A stretch of 64,000 nt of DNA. It comes from Tubiluchus corallicola (taxonomy: Eukaryota; Animalia; Priapulida). This document shows positions 27,401 through 40,088 of the stretch, piece after piece (position 1 is the stretch's first letter; each line of letters begins with the position of its first letter). The translations under genes were made by a program, and so were the position numbers. Where the stretch lies: NCBI GenBank assembly GCA_030141605.1, contig JAQGDQ010000236.1, positions 281,267 through 345,266 of the forward strand, written 5' to 3'. The notes below the pieces were generated by a model, which was not told the origin of the DNA, searched no databases, and saw nothing but the letters and a program-made list of their open reading frames with translations.

Positions 27401-30400
27401 TGAACGATCACATAACAGAAAAGTTGATACCACGGTCGTAGACATAGAAGACAGCATCGCAGATGAAACAATACGGACAGGTGAAACAGGTAGAAATTTG
27501 CTATTTCTCAGGTGAATTCATGAAATTTTTGTTAATTGTGTATTTATCTATTTTCTGATTTCTTTTGGCATATTTTTTATTGTGTCTTTTTTTGTAATGT
27601 TAAAATAGTGTTAACTATTATTTCTTATTGGCAGTTGCTACTCAGCTTTAACTTTAAAGAACATTTATGTAATTATCGATGAACCCACATTTATCAAAGT
27701 GAACACAAGTTTATCGTGTATTAGCAATTTAAAACACGCATTTATCAAGGTCAGTTTTGGCATTGCTTAGGGTAACGAGTGATAAGTATGACACGTACCA
27801 TTAAAATTATCCCAATGTAAGCAACTTTTATGGTCATCTGTAGTGTTTGCTAGGCTAGAATTATCGATCTTTCATTGAAATTTGTGATGCTAACAGTGAC
27901 TTGACTTTCAAGCTGGCATCTTTATTAGGCAGCGATTGTTATGTATTTTCAGTGTGTGTGTGTGTGCGGCGCGTGCGTGCGTGTGTGCGAGCGCGTAGGT
28001 GGGTGGGTGTGTGTGCGCACATGCGTGTTCATGTTCGTGTTCATGCGTGCATGCATATGTTAAATCATCGAACTTAAGCAAAGTGTGATTTTGTAGAAAA
28101 TTCATTCTGCCGTCTTTTTATTGTGTGTTTAATCTCACGTTTTGCGTTATAAATTTTCTGCTATTTAAGTCAAGTATGTTTTATTTCAGCTGCAAAAAGT
28201 TTAGCTTTGATTTCTGGGCTGGACCCAGATCCCGCAATCGAAGCAGCTCATTATTATGGGCATGTTGAAGAAGAAGAAATTAGTCAACCAACAGACTGTT
28301 TAAGTAAGCCATGATGCAAAAATCTGCTAACCTACTATTTGTCTATTCAATTTTCACACTTTTAATTTACATTAAAATTAAACAGCAATGCTGCCCCTCA
28401 TATCTTCATACTTGTTTTTGGCTTTGTAGCATTTCCAAGTGCCTCAGCTGAGCCAGATGCAGATGATAATGTTAGCATGACAGGAGATGGTGCATCTAGT
28501 CTGGAATTCCAGAACAGAGATTATGTTGCCGCTTACGTTCTGAGTACTGCTGCGGTAACAGTGAGCGATGATGCAGAACTAGACGTAGAACATCGTCCAG
28601 TCAGACGAAATATTAAACATGAACACATGGTCAAAGAAATCACCAGTGAATGTCATGAGAGAGCTACAAATGATGGTTCTGTAAAAGGTATTGCTTACAT
28701 GAATTTGTGAGCAATTAAATGTTCACTTGCTAAGCTTGTAAAGAGAAATATGGAGCTTATTTTCCTTGTTCTTGTGCTTTTTTTTGCATTAATCTGCTTG
28801 GTTATGGACAAAAATGAAATTTTGGGTTGTAGCTTGTATTAGAAAACTCCACTATGTGCTGTTATAGTGCTGTATATCGTGATCAATATTTGATCTATAA
28901 AGACATTTGTTTCAAAAAAATCTCTGCCCGTTTTTTGCTGTTTAGCAGTGGTAGAAGTTTTGTGTTAATAGTTAAAACGCATACAGTCTAGCCTCGTTAT
29001 CTCGCCCATTGTTATGCCGCCAAACTCGTCTCTCGCCATAGAAAGTACCAGGACGGATTTCCTGCTTTGATATTTACCTCGTTAAGTCGCCACCCTCGCT
29101 TCTCGCCCTCGCCACGTCATGCTAGGATGAGTGCTTATCTAAAGTATATTCGTTATGTCGCCAAACAGACAAACTCAGAGGTGAATCGATCAACACATAT
29201 ACCGCGTGTCGATCAATATAACCGCGGTATGTAGACAATGCTGCTGTACTCGATAGACAGACATAATTAATCTAGTGTGTGTCTCACCAGGATTAGATTA
29301 GGAGTGCTGTGGTTGGTTAATGCACAGAGAAACTAAAGCGTCACCGATATCCTTACTCTATAACACACAAAGTATATTATGTATATACATATAGGCTAAC
29401 TTCGTTATATTCCCGTTATCTCGCCATACTCGCCTCTCGCCAAAAATTTGCCCTAGACGGACAGTGGCGAGATAACGAGACTAGACTCACAGTGCAATCA
29501 AGATTTCTCACATATTTCTTTCGTGAAATGAACTCAACAATTATGTGACTGAATCTTGGAAGCAACTGGACTGTACAATGATGGTTAGTAAAGTGCACCG
29601 ATTAATGTTTTGTTTAGGAGCAAACAGTTGCTATTGATATTTGTTCCTAAACTGAATGAAAACCGTTTATTTCACGAAGTTACAATAAAACTTGTTGATT
29701 TCTTAACTTGATATTAATATAAATCACAAATTATATCATGCATGTTTAACTGTATAAAATATATTATTCGTGTTATATTGAATTATCATGAATATAATTT
29801 ATTTTAATAGAAAAATTGCAGATGAGTTGTCTTTCCGTAGGAAGAAGACGAAGACCTGACGTTGCCTTGCTTACAGAAGGCAACAAAATGATGGAGGGGC
29901 AGGGATGGTCTTCCACGTTTGATTTGCATCCTGAAACTGAGAGATCACCTAGTTTACTTGAAAGTATACATTTGAATCATTTCTGAAAATTGCTACTGTT
30001 ATACAAAATAGGGAAGCATTTACTCATTTTATTGCAACACACATATAGCTAACAGAGAAAAAAATAACGAATCATAACAGATCGACAAAACTCTTGCTAA
30101 CTGTCTGTTGTTGTTACTACTGTGTTATAAGTAGACCTTTTCTCTTGTTATCTTTGCTATCTCGCATTTTTTATGTTAATCACTGATCTCGTTGCTACTT
30201 TAAAACTTAAAAAATGTAATATCTAGTGATCTTCTGCACTATTTTATTCTTCAGTGTGGGATCAATTAAACTTACAACAAGGCTGTTTATTTAGGAATGC
30301 AACCTTGTTTGCAGCTCTTGCACCTTGTTAGAATCTGCTAAGTGATGTCAAATCTGTTCACCAATAAAATTTGAGAAATTGTTATTTTTTGGACGTTTTT

Positions 30401-33400
30401 ATTAACTATTTTTACACATTATCGATTACTGATCACGACCTGATTGGATGTTTTTACCTGTTGTCGACTCGACAGCTCTTTCCTTATTGGCACATGTTTA
30501 ACTAAAGCTTGAAAAGCTTGATAACTGCTTGAAAAAGTATTGACAGATAATGTTTGAAAAGCGTATAAATTTAGTTTAAATGTCAGACTGTTGCACAGCG
30601 TTGACTGGCCTGGGAGCTATCTTGGGAAACATTGTATAAATAGCTTCAAGTTTCATATTTTTTTGGTAATACAGCAAGCAGGTTCTGTTTTGCAAGAAGT
30701 AGCATTTAAAATCATCCAGAGCTTGTGGCTAGTGTGAAGTGAAGTGATGTGATGTGTTAATCAATAAAAAATGATCAATTTGTAGTAACGGATAGAGATG
30801 ATCCGCGTATAATCACCCAATCTCTTTTGCAATCAAATGGCGTCGATGTCATGTTTTTATTCCCATGATGTAGAAGACGCATTTTGATTCTGGCTCGACG
30901 GTCATTGCAGATTAATTATTTAAAAAAGACGGGTGGTTTATTATTGGTTCTATGTTCCTGCAAATAGGTGTTGTCTTGTATGAGATTCTGGTTCTGATCC
31001 TGTTAGGCCAAAAAGAATCCATTACAATATCCTGTTTTTCTTGGAATAAGACGATGTCAAGTTGATAAGAACTACAAAAATTACTATAAAATTAAACAGC
31101 TTTACAGTGAGTGGGAAATTTAAAAAATGTTTCTTGCATGTAGGAGTTTAACAAGTAGAAAACCATTTTTACGAACATTATGTTAATTGTCAACAACTTG
31201 TAAAAATGATTCCTTGTTGTGAGTTTATCAGTCTTTTTTGTCTTCTTTATATTATCAGGTCAATCATACGACGCCATGTTAAAAGACTATGCTCCTGCTC
31301 AGCATGTATCACCTGTTAATTCCAGCGAAATAGTTCAAGCCTTGAGCTCTAATGAGCAGAACGATGAGCCATCAGAATCTGAGGTAATTTTAGGGAGTAA
31401 AGCCAGGGTTTTAGGCAATTGAGAGTTTTTGAAGTCCTACAGTTGCCAAAATATTCCCGTGACTGTGGTTTGTCGTAAAACATTTGTGTGACTTTTGCTA
31501 CATTTTTGCGATATTTGAGCCTTTTTCTCGTACGAAAATCGCTAGAATGTCGCAAACTTTGTAAGACATGTTTGCACATATTTGGCGATTTCTGCTACAC
31601 TTTTGCAACAAGACGAATACCGCACTATTTCGCAACAATTTCACGGATTTGTCGTAGAAAGACGTGCGGAACAACTGAGCTTCGCCAAAATGTCGCGAAA
31701 TGGTTATATAATAGTAAAAAAAAGTCGTCGCAACATTCTCAAAAGCATTGCAAATTGTTTTCCAAGTTTTCGTGTGTTCTGAAATTGTGACAACATTATG
31801 ACAGTTTTGCAAAGTTTTGGCATAGTGGCAAGTTTTGTGACTCCTGCGACAAACTTTAAACATTTTAAAGATTCTTTCCGAAGCCAGCGACCTTTTTGCG
31901 ACTATCGCTAACAATCGCGAATGTTTTGCCGCTGTTTGGCGCATATTTGGCGATTGTTCTACTTAGAAATTTTTGGAATGTCATGAACCCAGTGAAAGCC
32001 TAGCTTAACCGGCTTGGTTACTATAAACTTAGCAGTTGTAGAAATATAAAGGTTTTGAGTAACAACTCAGTAACAACTCTCTTTTTTGGTGCCATCTAGT
32101 GGTCATGTGGATTTGTCGCTAGTCTCCTTTCGGTCTTTTTACCAGCTATTTATATATGATTGTAGGTATATCTGTTAAAAATATTGGAAAAAAAGCATGT
32201 TCGCTTTTAAGAGTCCAAGTTTATGCTATGTTGTTTTAATGCCCAATCTTATCCTTGGGCTGTTTTAGCCATCTAAACAGATAACGTTTCAGTCAAGATT
32301 TGGTGTGAACTGGGTGTATATTTCAACACTAGCTCCATTTTCTGTCATTTTTGACTTGCTTAAGTTCTAACGATGGAATTTTTTTCCTTTAGGTCTTTGC
32401 TAAATAAAATTGTTGATGACAGATTTTTGTGTTATGAACTACTAAGTTTTTGCTTTGATTTATTGTTGCTTTCTTTTTATTTTATGAATAACTGTTGCTT
32501 ACCTTGATTACAGTTTTTAGATTGTGAAAATCTGGCTTATTGTTGTTAATTTGTTTGTAACTGAAACATGTTTTTCTGCATTTCTACCTGTGTAGTTTCA
32601 CTTGCAGTAGTTTTTAAAATAACTCAGTGGGTTTTATCATTTGAAAGTAAATTTTTGCAGCCTATAGATGCTGGTGAAAGTGTCTAGTAAGTCATGCATT
32701 ACTTTGGCACCCTTAGTGATTCTTCTTCACGACTTTGGGACTTTTAACTCTTTCGGAACCATTCAAAATAGGTCTTATAAGACCTATGACTTTTCTGCTA
32801 CTGTATGAGCACAGACATAACTGAATGATTACAAAATTGGTACTGTTCTATTCTGGAGAGTCTTGGCTATCCAAACTTGCTATTTGTTTAAACATTTATA
32901 GGTGATTTAATGGGATAAAATTAAGCAAAACACGCCCTTTTTGGGCCACTTCAACTTAGCCTAATGAGTAGCTTAGGCTGGTGTTCACTTGCATGATCAT
33001 ACACTATTGGTGTACACACTATTTTATTGATCGCCTGATTGCTGCAGCCCGTGAGAGCCCTCTGTTGTACGGAGTTCTTGGAAAAGCTAACCGATCAGCC
33101 AAGGAGAAATTAAGGTCATTTCATCTTTTAAGGGGAATTTCTCCTTAAAAATAGATTAGACTTGAGGCCAAAGTTTATCAGGGTGTTATGTCTGGGTAGT
33201 CGAAATTTCCTGCATTAGCCAATTTCACGCAAGTGATACTGTACGTTGTTACAGTACAAACACTACAGTTACTGCAAGCTTTTTTCAATTTTTTTGTCAA
33301 AGCAATTTTTAATTTGTCTAAGGTAAGCAAAGGCATTTCATATATAACTTTGCATGAAAATCCATTGTGTTAGGAGTAGAAACCTACAAAACATATCAGA

Positions 33401-36400
33401 TATAATGTAATCACTGCTTAGTGAGAGCAGGTTTTCATGAAGCCATGCAAAATACAGCAAACTCTTACGGTCCTGAAGGAGTTAACGCATGAGCTCTCCT
33501 ACAACTCTAAGATTGTTGTGCTGCTGTTTATTAGCAAGAAACTATGACTGCAATTCTTCATATATGCAGATGCAGGTTTCTGACACACAATATTAATAGT
33601 TTGTTTTCATTAGATTCCTGAAAATACCGAGGAAGACAGCAGATCAAAATCTGTGTCACCGGATGAAAGTGACTTTGAAGTGCTTCCTTTTGGAATCAAC
33701 GTGACATCAGGAAAAACAGACCAAGTGGGTGCAGCATTACTTTATATTAATATACTGTATGTTAGTTTCAGTCTTACACATCACATTAGCAATTTATCAC
33801 CATGCAGTCAATTGCTAATGTCTAGAACCAGAATTGGTTTAATTACTTTTAAAATTCAATACCACTACAAATACAATTACTTTCTTGGAAAGTAGTGGTG
33901 CTATTACTACAGTTACATTTTTTAAAAAAGTAGTTGTTGCAACTACAATTACTGTATGAAAGTAGTGCCACTACAGTAGCCACTACCTTCCCGTTTTGCA
34001 ACGACTTCTGATTTCTGAGCATCGTTGATGTAGTACACTGCAAAAAATAGGCAACACGTTAAAGGAGCCAGTTAATAGTGATAATTAAATTGTTAAGTGG
34101 CGGTTAAAGAAACCCAGTATAAACACTAGTTGCACAAAATTGTTTCTACATTCTAACTAAGCAGTCCATTTATGATTTAAACAGACAATTGCAGGCCATT
34201 CATACATTGTCATCATAACAATAAATTATTCATTACAGTATTATTCATATGATAATGTATTGGTCAAACTTCAAACATGTTTATTGCTTTAAAAAATGAT
34301 AAATCAGAAAGCGACAACTGTTCATTTTTGGGCGGAATGTATTTTCTAAGAGAATTATAAGTCCGCAGCGGTTATGAAAACACAGCTCATTACACCGACA
34401 TTAGCTGTCAACTGTAATAATTATATGTGGTGCAGTAATGATGTTACAGCACTACTTAAAAAGTAGCGAAATTACAATTTACTGCTACTTATTTTTAAAG
34501 CAGTGGAACTACTTTAGCACTTAGCACTATAATTTTAGTAGTGCCATTACTTTAGCAGTATAATTTTTGTAGTGGCATTACTTTAGCACTATAATTTTTG
34601 TAGTGGCATTACTTTAGCACTATAATTTTAGTAGTGCCATTACTTTAGCACTATAATTTTAGTAGTGGCATTACTTTAGCACTATAATTTTAGTAGTGTC
34701 ACTACCTTACCACTATAATGTTAGTAGTGGCACTACTTTAGCACTATAGTGTTAGTAGTGGCACTACCTTACTACTATAATATTAGTAGTGGAACTGCAG
34801 TAGTAGCGTTACTACCCAACACTGTCTAGAGCTACAACAAAAAAATGCGACACAGGAGGTTAATGACGAAAGCAACTAAAAGTGAAAAGGTTGGTTATGA
34901 AATATTGATTTCTTTGCATTTGAGAGGGTTTAATAAGCACAGTGGAAATCTCAAGTTGTCATAATTTCACTTCTGCATACAGATTAGATTAGATTTAGAT
35001 TAGATTAGATTAGATTAGGTTTGATTACATTTTATTCGTCTCATTTAAAGTTACACATATAATACTAGATGATAAACACTACATTGAGATGGGGTGGAGA
35101 AAGACCATGAGGTCACCTAGCAGCCACCCCTATTTGTACCTGTGACACTGTTAGCAGCTTGTTGCGAGACATGTTTAAAAAAAATATAAGTATTATGAAT
35201 TGATAATAGAAATTGTGTTAGCAACTAAAGAAAGATATATTTGTTATCAATATCTGAATTACTTAAAGCCTTTTGTCAGTAGTATATAATGAAACAATCT
35301 GTTAAAAAGGATAAATTGAAGGAATTTATTACATTTTTGTTTAAGTTTATCCATTATAATCTTTTTAACTTTTTTGCTAACATTTCTTATGCAAAACATG
35401 CTGTGGTTTTAATCAACTTTAAACTCAAATAATCCATAATAGTTTGCATCATTTGCATCATCTCGAGAACATCCTTTTCTTGACTTTTGCCTTGGGAGAG
35501 CGAGATACATTGTTTGATGTATTACACAGCTTTTTAATCAGTGAATTTGTCAAGAACCTAGTAGAAATCAGCCACACATTCAAAATATGTAGATAAACAA
35601 CTGAGTGCATAGATAACAGTAACAGAATTTAGAATAATGATGCTAATTGTTTAAACTGCAATGGAATAAATTATTCATGAATTTTTTGGAGATTGCTGTT
35701 AGGGGTGAGCATTCTCTATCAGAATGTGAATTCTACTCGAATCGAATTTGTGACTTTCGAATTCGAATCGAACCGAATTTCAGTATTTCGTTTTCGAATC
35801 GAATTCAAATTGAGTTTGAAAGGTTTTCGAACAAGTTTTCGAACCACTAGTGAAAAGTGGTCTTACAAAGATCATGCATAGTACTTGATTTTGTTCTGCA
35901 GTAAAACCACGATTAGTTTATTAAAAATTTTGCACAGGAACTGCAGCGAAATTGTGCTATTTGCATGCCGTTTCAAACATTTTAATGATGAAGAACATAT
36001 AACTGCAGAATTATTCAAATCTATAATTTTAGGTTCGAATCGAATTCGAACTAAAAAAACTCTTTCGACTCGAGCGTTCGATCCTCATTCCTAATTGCTT
36101 TCAGTATCTTCATGTAGAGTGCTGAAGTGTCATTTGTACTGAAAAATCGAATTGTCGTATAAGTCACTCTGAAGTATTTTTTGTGATCATTTAAAATAAT
36201 AAACAATGCTTCTACTAATAACAGTTATTCTTTCCTTTAGAGGACACAGTCTCTTTTATCAGTTATTGGGACAATTTGCAATGAAAAAGGCTTAGATTTT
36301 CAAAACTACCAGTGTCAGGGGTGCTCCCGTCCTATTGGAATGAGTAAGTATCAAATTTGTTGAAGACAAGATTTTTATTTTAGCAAAACCGTATCATTTT

Positions 36401-39400
36401 TTAAAGTAGCGCTTTAACAGTTGATGATTTTATGATGCAACTGTCTTTTGTTTTGCATTGAAACAAAATAAGGTGCTCATATGATGTCTTGCTGTGTGTT
36501 GAGTGTTGTTAATAATAAAACGTCTAACACCAAAACTTTGTTTAGGCAATGTGCTCTGCAGGTAAGTCATGCTAAGGATCTTCATAAGCCAATAGTTTAG
36601 CATCCAATAGACTATTGAGATTGTAGCTAAAAGGAATGTTTGTTTGCAAACATAAACCATCCATAAATCGCCATATCTAAAACTACGTTATGGTGCTTCA
36701 AAGTAGAACACACGAAAAATTTGGTCAAATGTCAATTTTTTGTTTTTTATAAAAACAAACGCTAAATACTGGGCTTTAATATTCTAGCAACAAATTGTCA
36801 AGGAAATGTTTAAAAAATGCTAAAAAACTAATTTTATAACCCTGTATTCACTTTTCTGTGTAGAAACTAGAACTACAATTGAGAAAAACTTGTATTTTCA
36901 TACTCCGGTAATAGCTTATGGAAGCAGCCATTTTGCTTCAGCTTTTTCTGTTGCCAAGCCCAGATCTTCACCAGAAAGAGCCATCTACTGGATTTAAACT
37001 TAATATCAAAGGGTTCTTGCAAAGTTCATAGCAATGAACGCTTGTGCTGTTACTAAGTATTTTGTAGAAATGCGGCAAAAAACAATGGATAACATTAACA
37101 GCGATTTTCTCAAAATTATGTTTTTCAGTGCATAGCCTGCACCTCAAATTCAATGTGGATTATCTCAGCTTAGAAATAACATAGAGTGATGAACTTGGTA
37201 TCTGAATGCTCCTCATGAAATTGAGATTTAGGATATGTGAATAACTAGAAAAGCTTACTTGCCAACTTATGGACGATTTTGCTATGCAGACATACAAATA
37301 ATAAACATCCAAGTAGATAATGACTTCTATTCTATTATTCTCGTGTCGATGTTTCAGCTGCTTGGCTTTGATATTTTCAAGGCCAACTGTAATGAACAAA
37401 CATGGACAAACATGTTATTATCACACTGCGTTTGGCACTGGTCAGTAAACTGTTTCTGCTACACACAAAGCTGAACATACGAAATCAAGTATAAATGAAT
37501 TTACAACAATCAGTTATGTAAAAAAATGTAAAAAATTACTTCAGACTCCCAACAAACATTAGTCAACAAACAACACACATGTTGTGTAGATACACATCGT
37601 TATAATAGTATTACCAGCATGTCTGTAATGAGTGAAATATTTCTTGTTTGAGTGATCAGCTGCATGTAGCTTAAGGGGCTACAGTATTCATTCAAATCCT
37701 CCACTCAGGTGTTAATTGAGTACATTATTACATTGATAATCAGGGGATCAAGAATTAGGACCAGCAATTTTGCAACATCATATGCACATGAATAAATTAT
37801 TTCAGTAATTACCCAGGGGTCCTTGTTGTTGCTTTTGTTTGCACTCAGTACTGTGTGGCTATGGCTGTCTTTTCTTGCCTTAAGCTGTCAAAGTGCATTT
37901 TTGGCTTTTTTAGACTTGCATTAACTTCCTGCATTAACACCTTATGCATTATGATTGTGTAAATACTGGTACTGTTATGTTTACCAATTGTTATGTGCCT
38001 TTCCATTGATACTGAACAGTGTATTAATTTTTTTTAAGAGCGAGAGGAATGGTCTGTGTTTGGCTGCTAAGTTAAACAATGCCAGCCCTGGCTACAAAAA
38101 GGATTGGAAAACTGCTTTTGTTAATTATTACTCCAGTACTGCCTCCTATTATTTGTGATTTGCTGATGGCTTGTACAAATTAATGTAGATTGTCCCAAGA
38201 CACTTCTGCAATTATCCCAGTTTTCAGTATGCCAAACATTATAAAGAAAAAAACGAGTTCTGTATAGTGTGCTCTACCAGTACTGCTGGTTTTTCTGATG
38301 AAAATAATTACCGTTTAGTATTATCTGCATTCCATATGTGACACTTTTTGTAATGCTGAATACGACTCAGTTTGCCTATGTGCATATTTTATAAAATTGT
38401 GCTTAACAAAGTTTTTTTTGCTGTTTCAGTATATGGCAAAGCAAGAGTATGTTCATATGATGGTCACTATTATTGTTACGAATGTCATGAAAACGAGGAG
38501 AGTGTTATTCCTGCTAAGATTGTTCATAATTGGGACTTCCGTAAGCACAGAAGTAAGCTTGATCTTGAAGTAAGATTAAACTGTTTCATTGTCACGTGTC
38601 GATGGGTAACACATCATTCAATTTACAAAAGATTAAATTTAGTACGAAAACTTTTAGCTAGAGCAGTCCTTGAAATTGTACAGGTGTTAAGACTGACTGA
38701 CTATAATTTTTGCACTTTTTGCTACTAAAACTGGAATATCTGTACTTTTTATGAATTTTTCATACATAACACGACAGTATAATTTCTTCAAAATGTATAC
38801 CTGTATACCTGTGCTAATGGGCTTTTCATATTTAACTTAAGAACACAAGTTCCAAAGTGAAACTTCCCATCTTTTCAGTTGCAAAATACACAAAGCTGTT
38901 ACTAGAACGAGTGATTGAAGAGCCATTGCTGGACATGAAGAAGCTTAATCAGTCTATTTACATGGCTATTAGTGAGATGAATGATACTTTGGTGAGTATG
39001 AATGAGAGAAAATGGTAAAATGCACATAATTTTCGTTGGCTATAAAATTGAATAATATCACATATTGGCTGACTAAGAATAATATTCAGGTTTTAGACAA
39101 GCAAGCTCGACCCGAGGGGTACATGGATCGCATGCGTTCTGCAAAATCTGTGTACACTCATATCTCGGTTTGCCGGACCTCGCTTTTACGGATATCGGAA
39201 AATTCGGACGAAATCTGGTCCGTTAAAAGTCCCGTTTAATGCGGACACAGTCCGATATTTTGTGAGCTGACCGCCAGTTGGCGGACTGTTACTTTGTTTA
39301 CATCGTTAGATCAGTGTAACAACATGTTTATCTCTATGGATAAAAATATAGAGTCAACTATGCGGAGTTATTTGAGTCAATTGCCGACAGTTTTTATGTG

Positions 39401-39952
39401 CTTTTGCATAGGAGCAGCCCATACTAGACGTTCCTGAGGCAAAATACACGACGCCTACTGCATTCATTTAGTATCGGAAAATACAGACAATCGGACTGAC
39501 GTCTCCCCGCTTTTGTCTGGCAAACCGAGATATGAGGGTACAATGAAAATGCTGCCTAATTTTTTGTCCAATATTAGATTCATGTTTTAACAACCGAACA
39601 CTGCTTTGTAACTACTCAAAAAAGTAAAATTGTGCAGAAGTTAAAAGAGTAACTTGACTAGACTTGTACAATTCAGGGTAGCAACAGTGAAACATTTTTA
39701 CCAACAGCACTTTGATTACTGATCGCGTAACCCAGAGAAATTAGCTACAGCTATTATAGTAGAAGCAACGGCCTATAGCAAGCACATTTTAATTTGATGC
39801 AATCAACTGGTCAAGCGTGGGTTGAGTTGTTTAAAAGAACTGTGCAATATGTCTTGTCTTACTGTTTATTCTGCAAAATTATTTCTTGCACTTCATCTAG
39901 TTAGAGAAGTGTAGAAGAGAGAGACAGGGAGAGAGAGAGGGAGGGAGGGAGG

Positions 39953-39984
<32 letters not shown>

Positions 39985-40051
39985 CAGACAGACAGACAGA
40001 CAGACAGAGAGAGAGAGAGAGAGAGAGGGAGGGACGGACGGACGGACGGAC

Positions 40052-40088
<37 letters not shown>

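Noticed and set aside
31349-31944. Four overlapping ORFs on both strands
   Set aside because: They lie in a CpG-rich repeat element and show no recognisable protein motif.
34510-34798. 31 bp quasi-palindromic repeats resembling a CRISPR array
   Set aside because: Units are head-to-tail with no unique spacers, there are no cas genes, and the array lies in a eukaryotic intron inside a hAT-like element.
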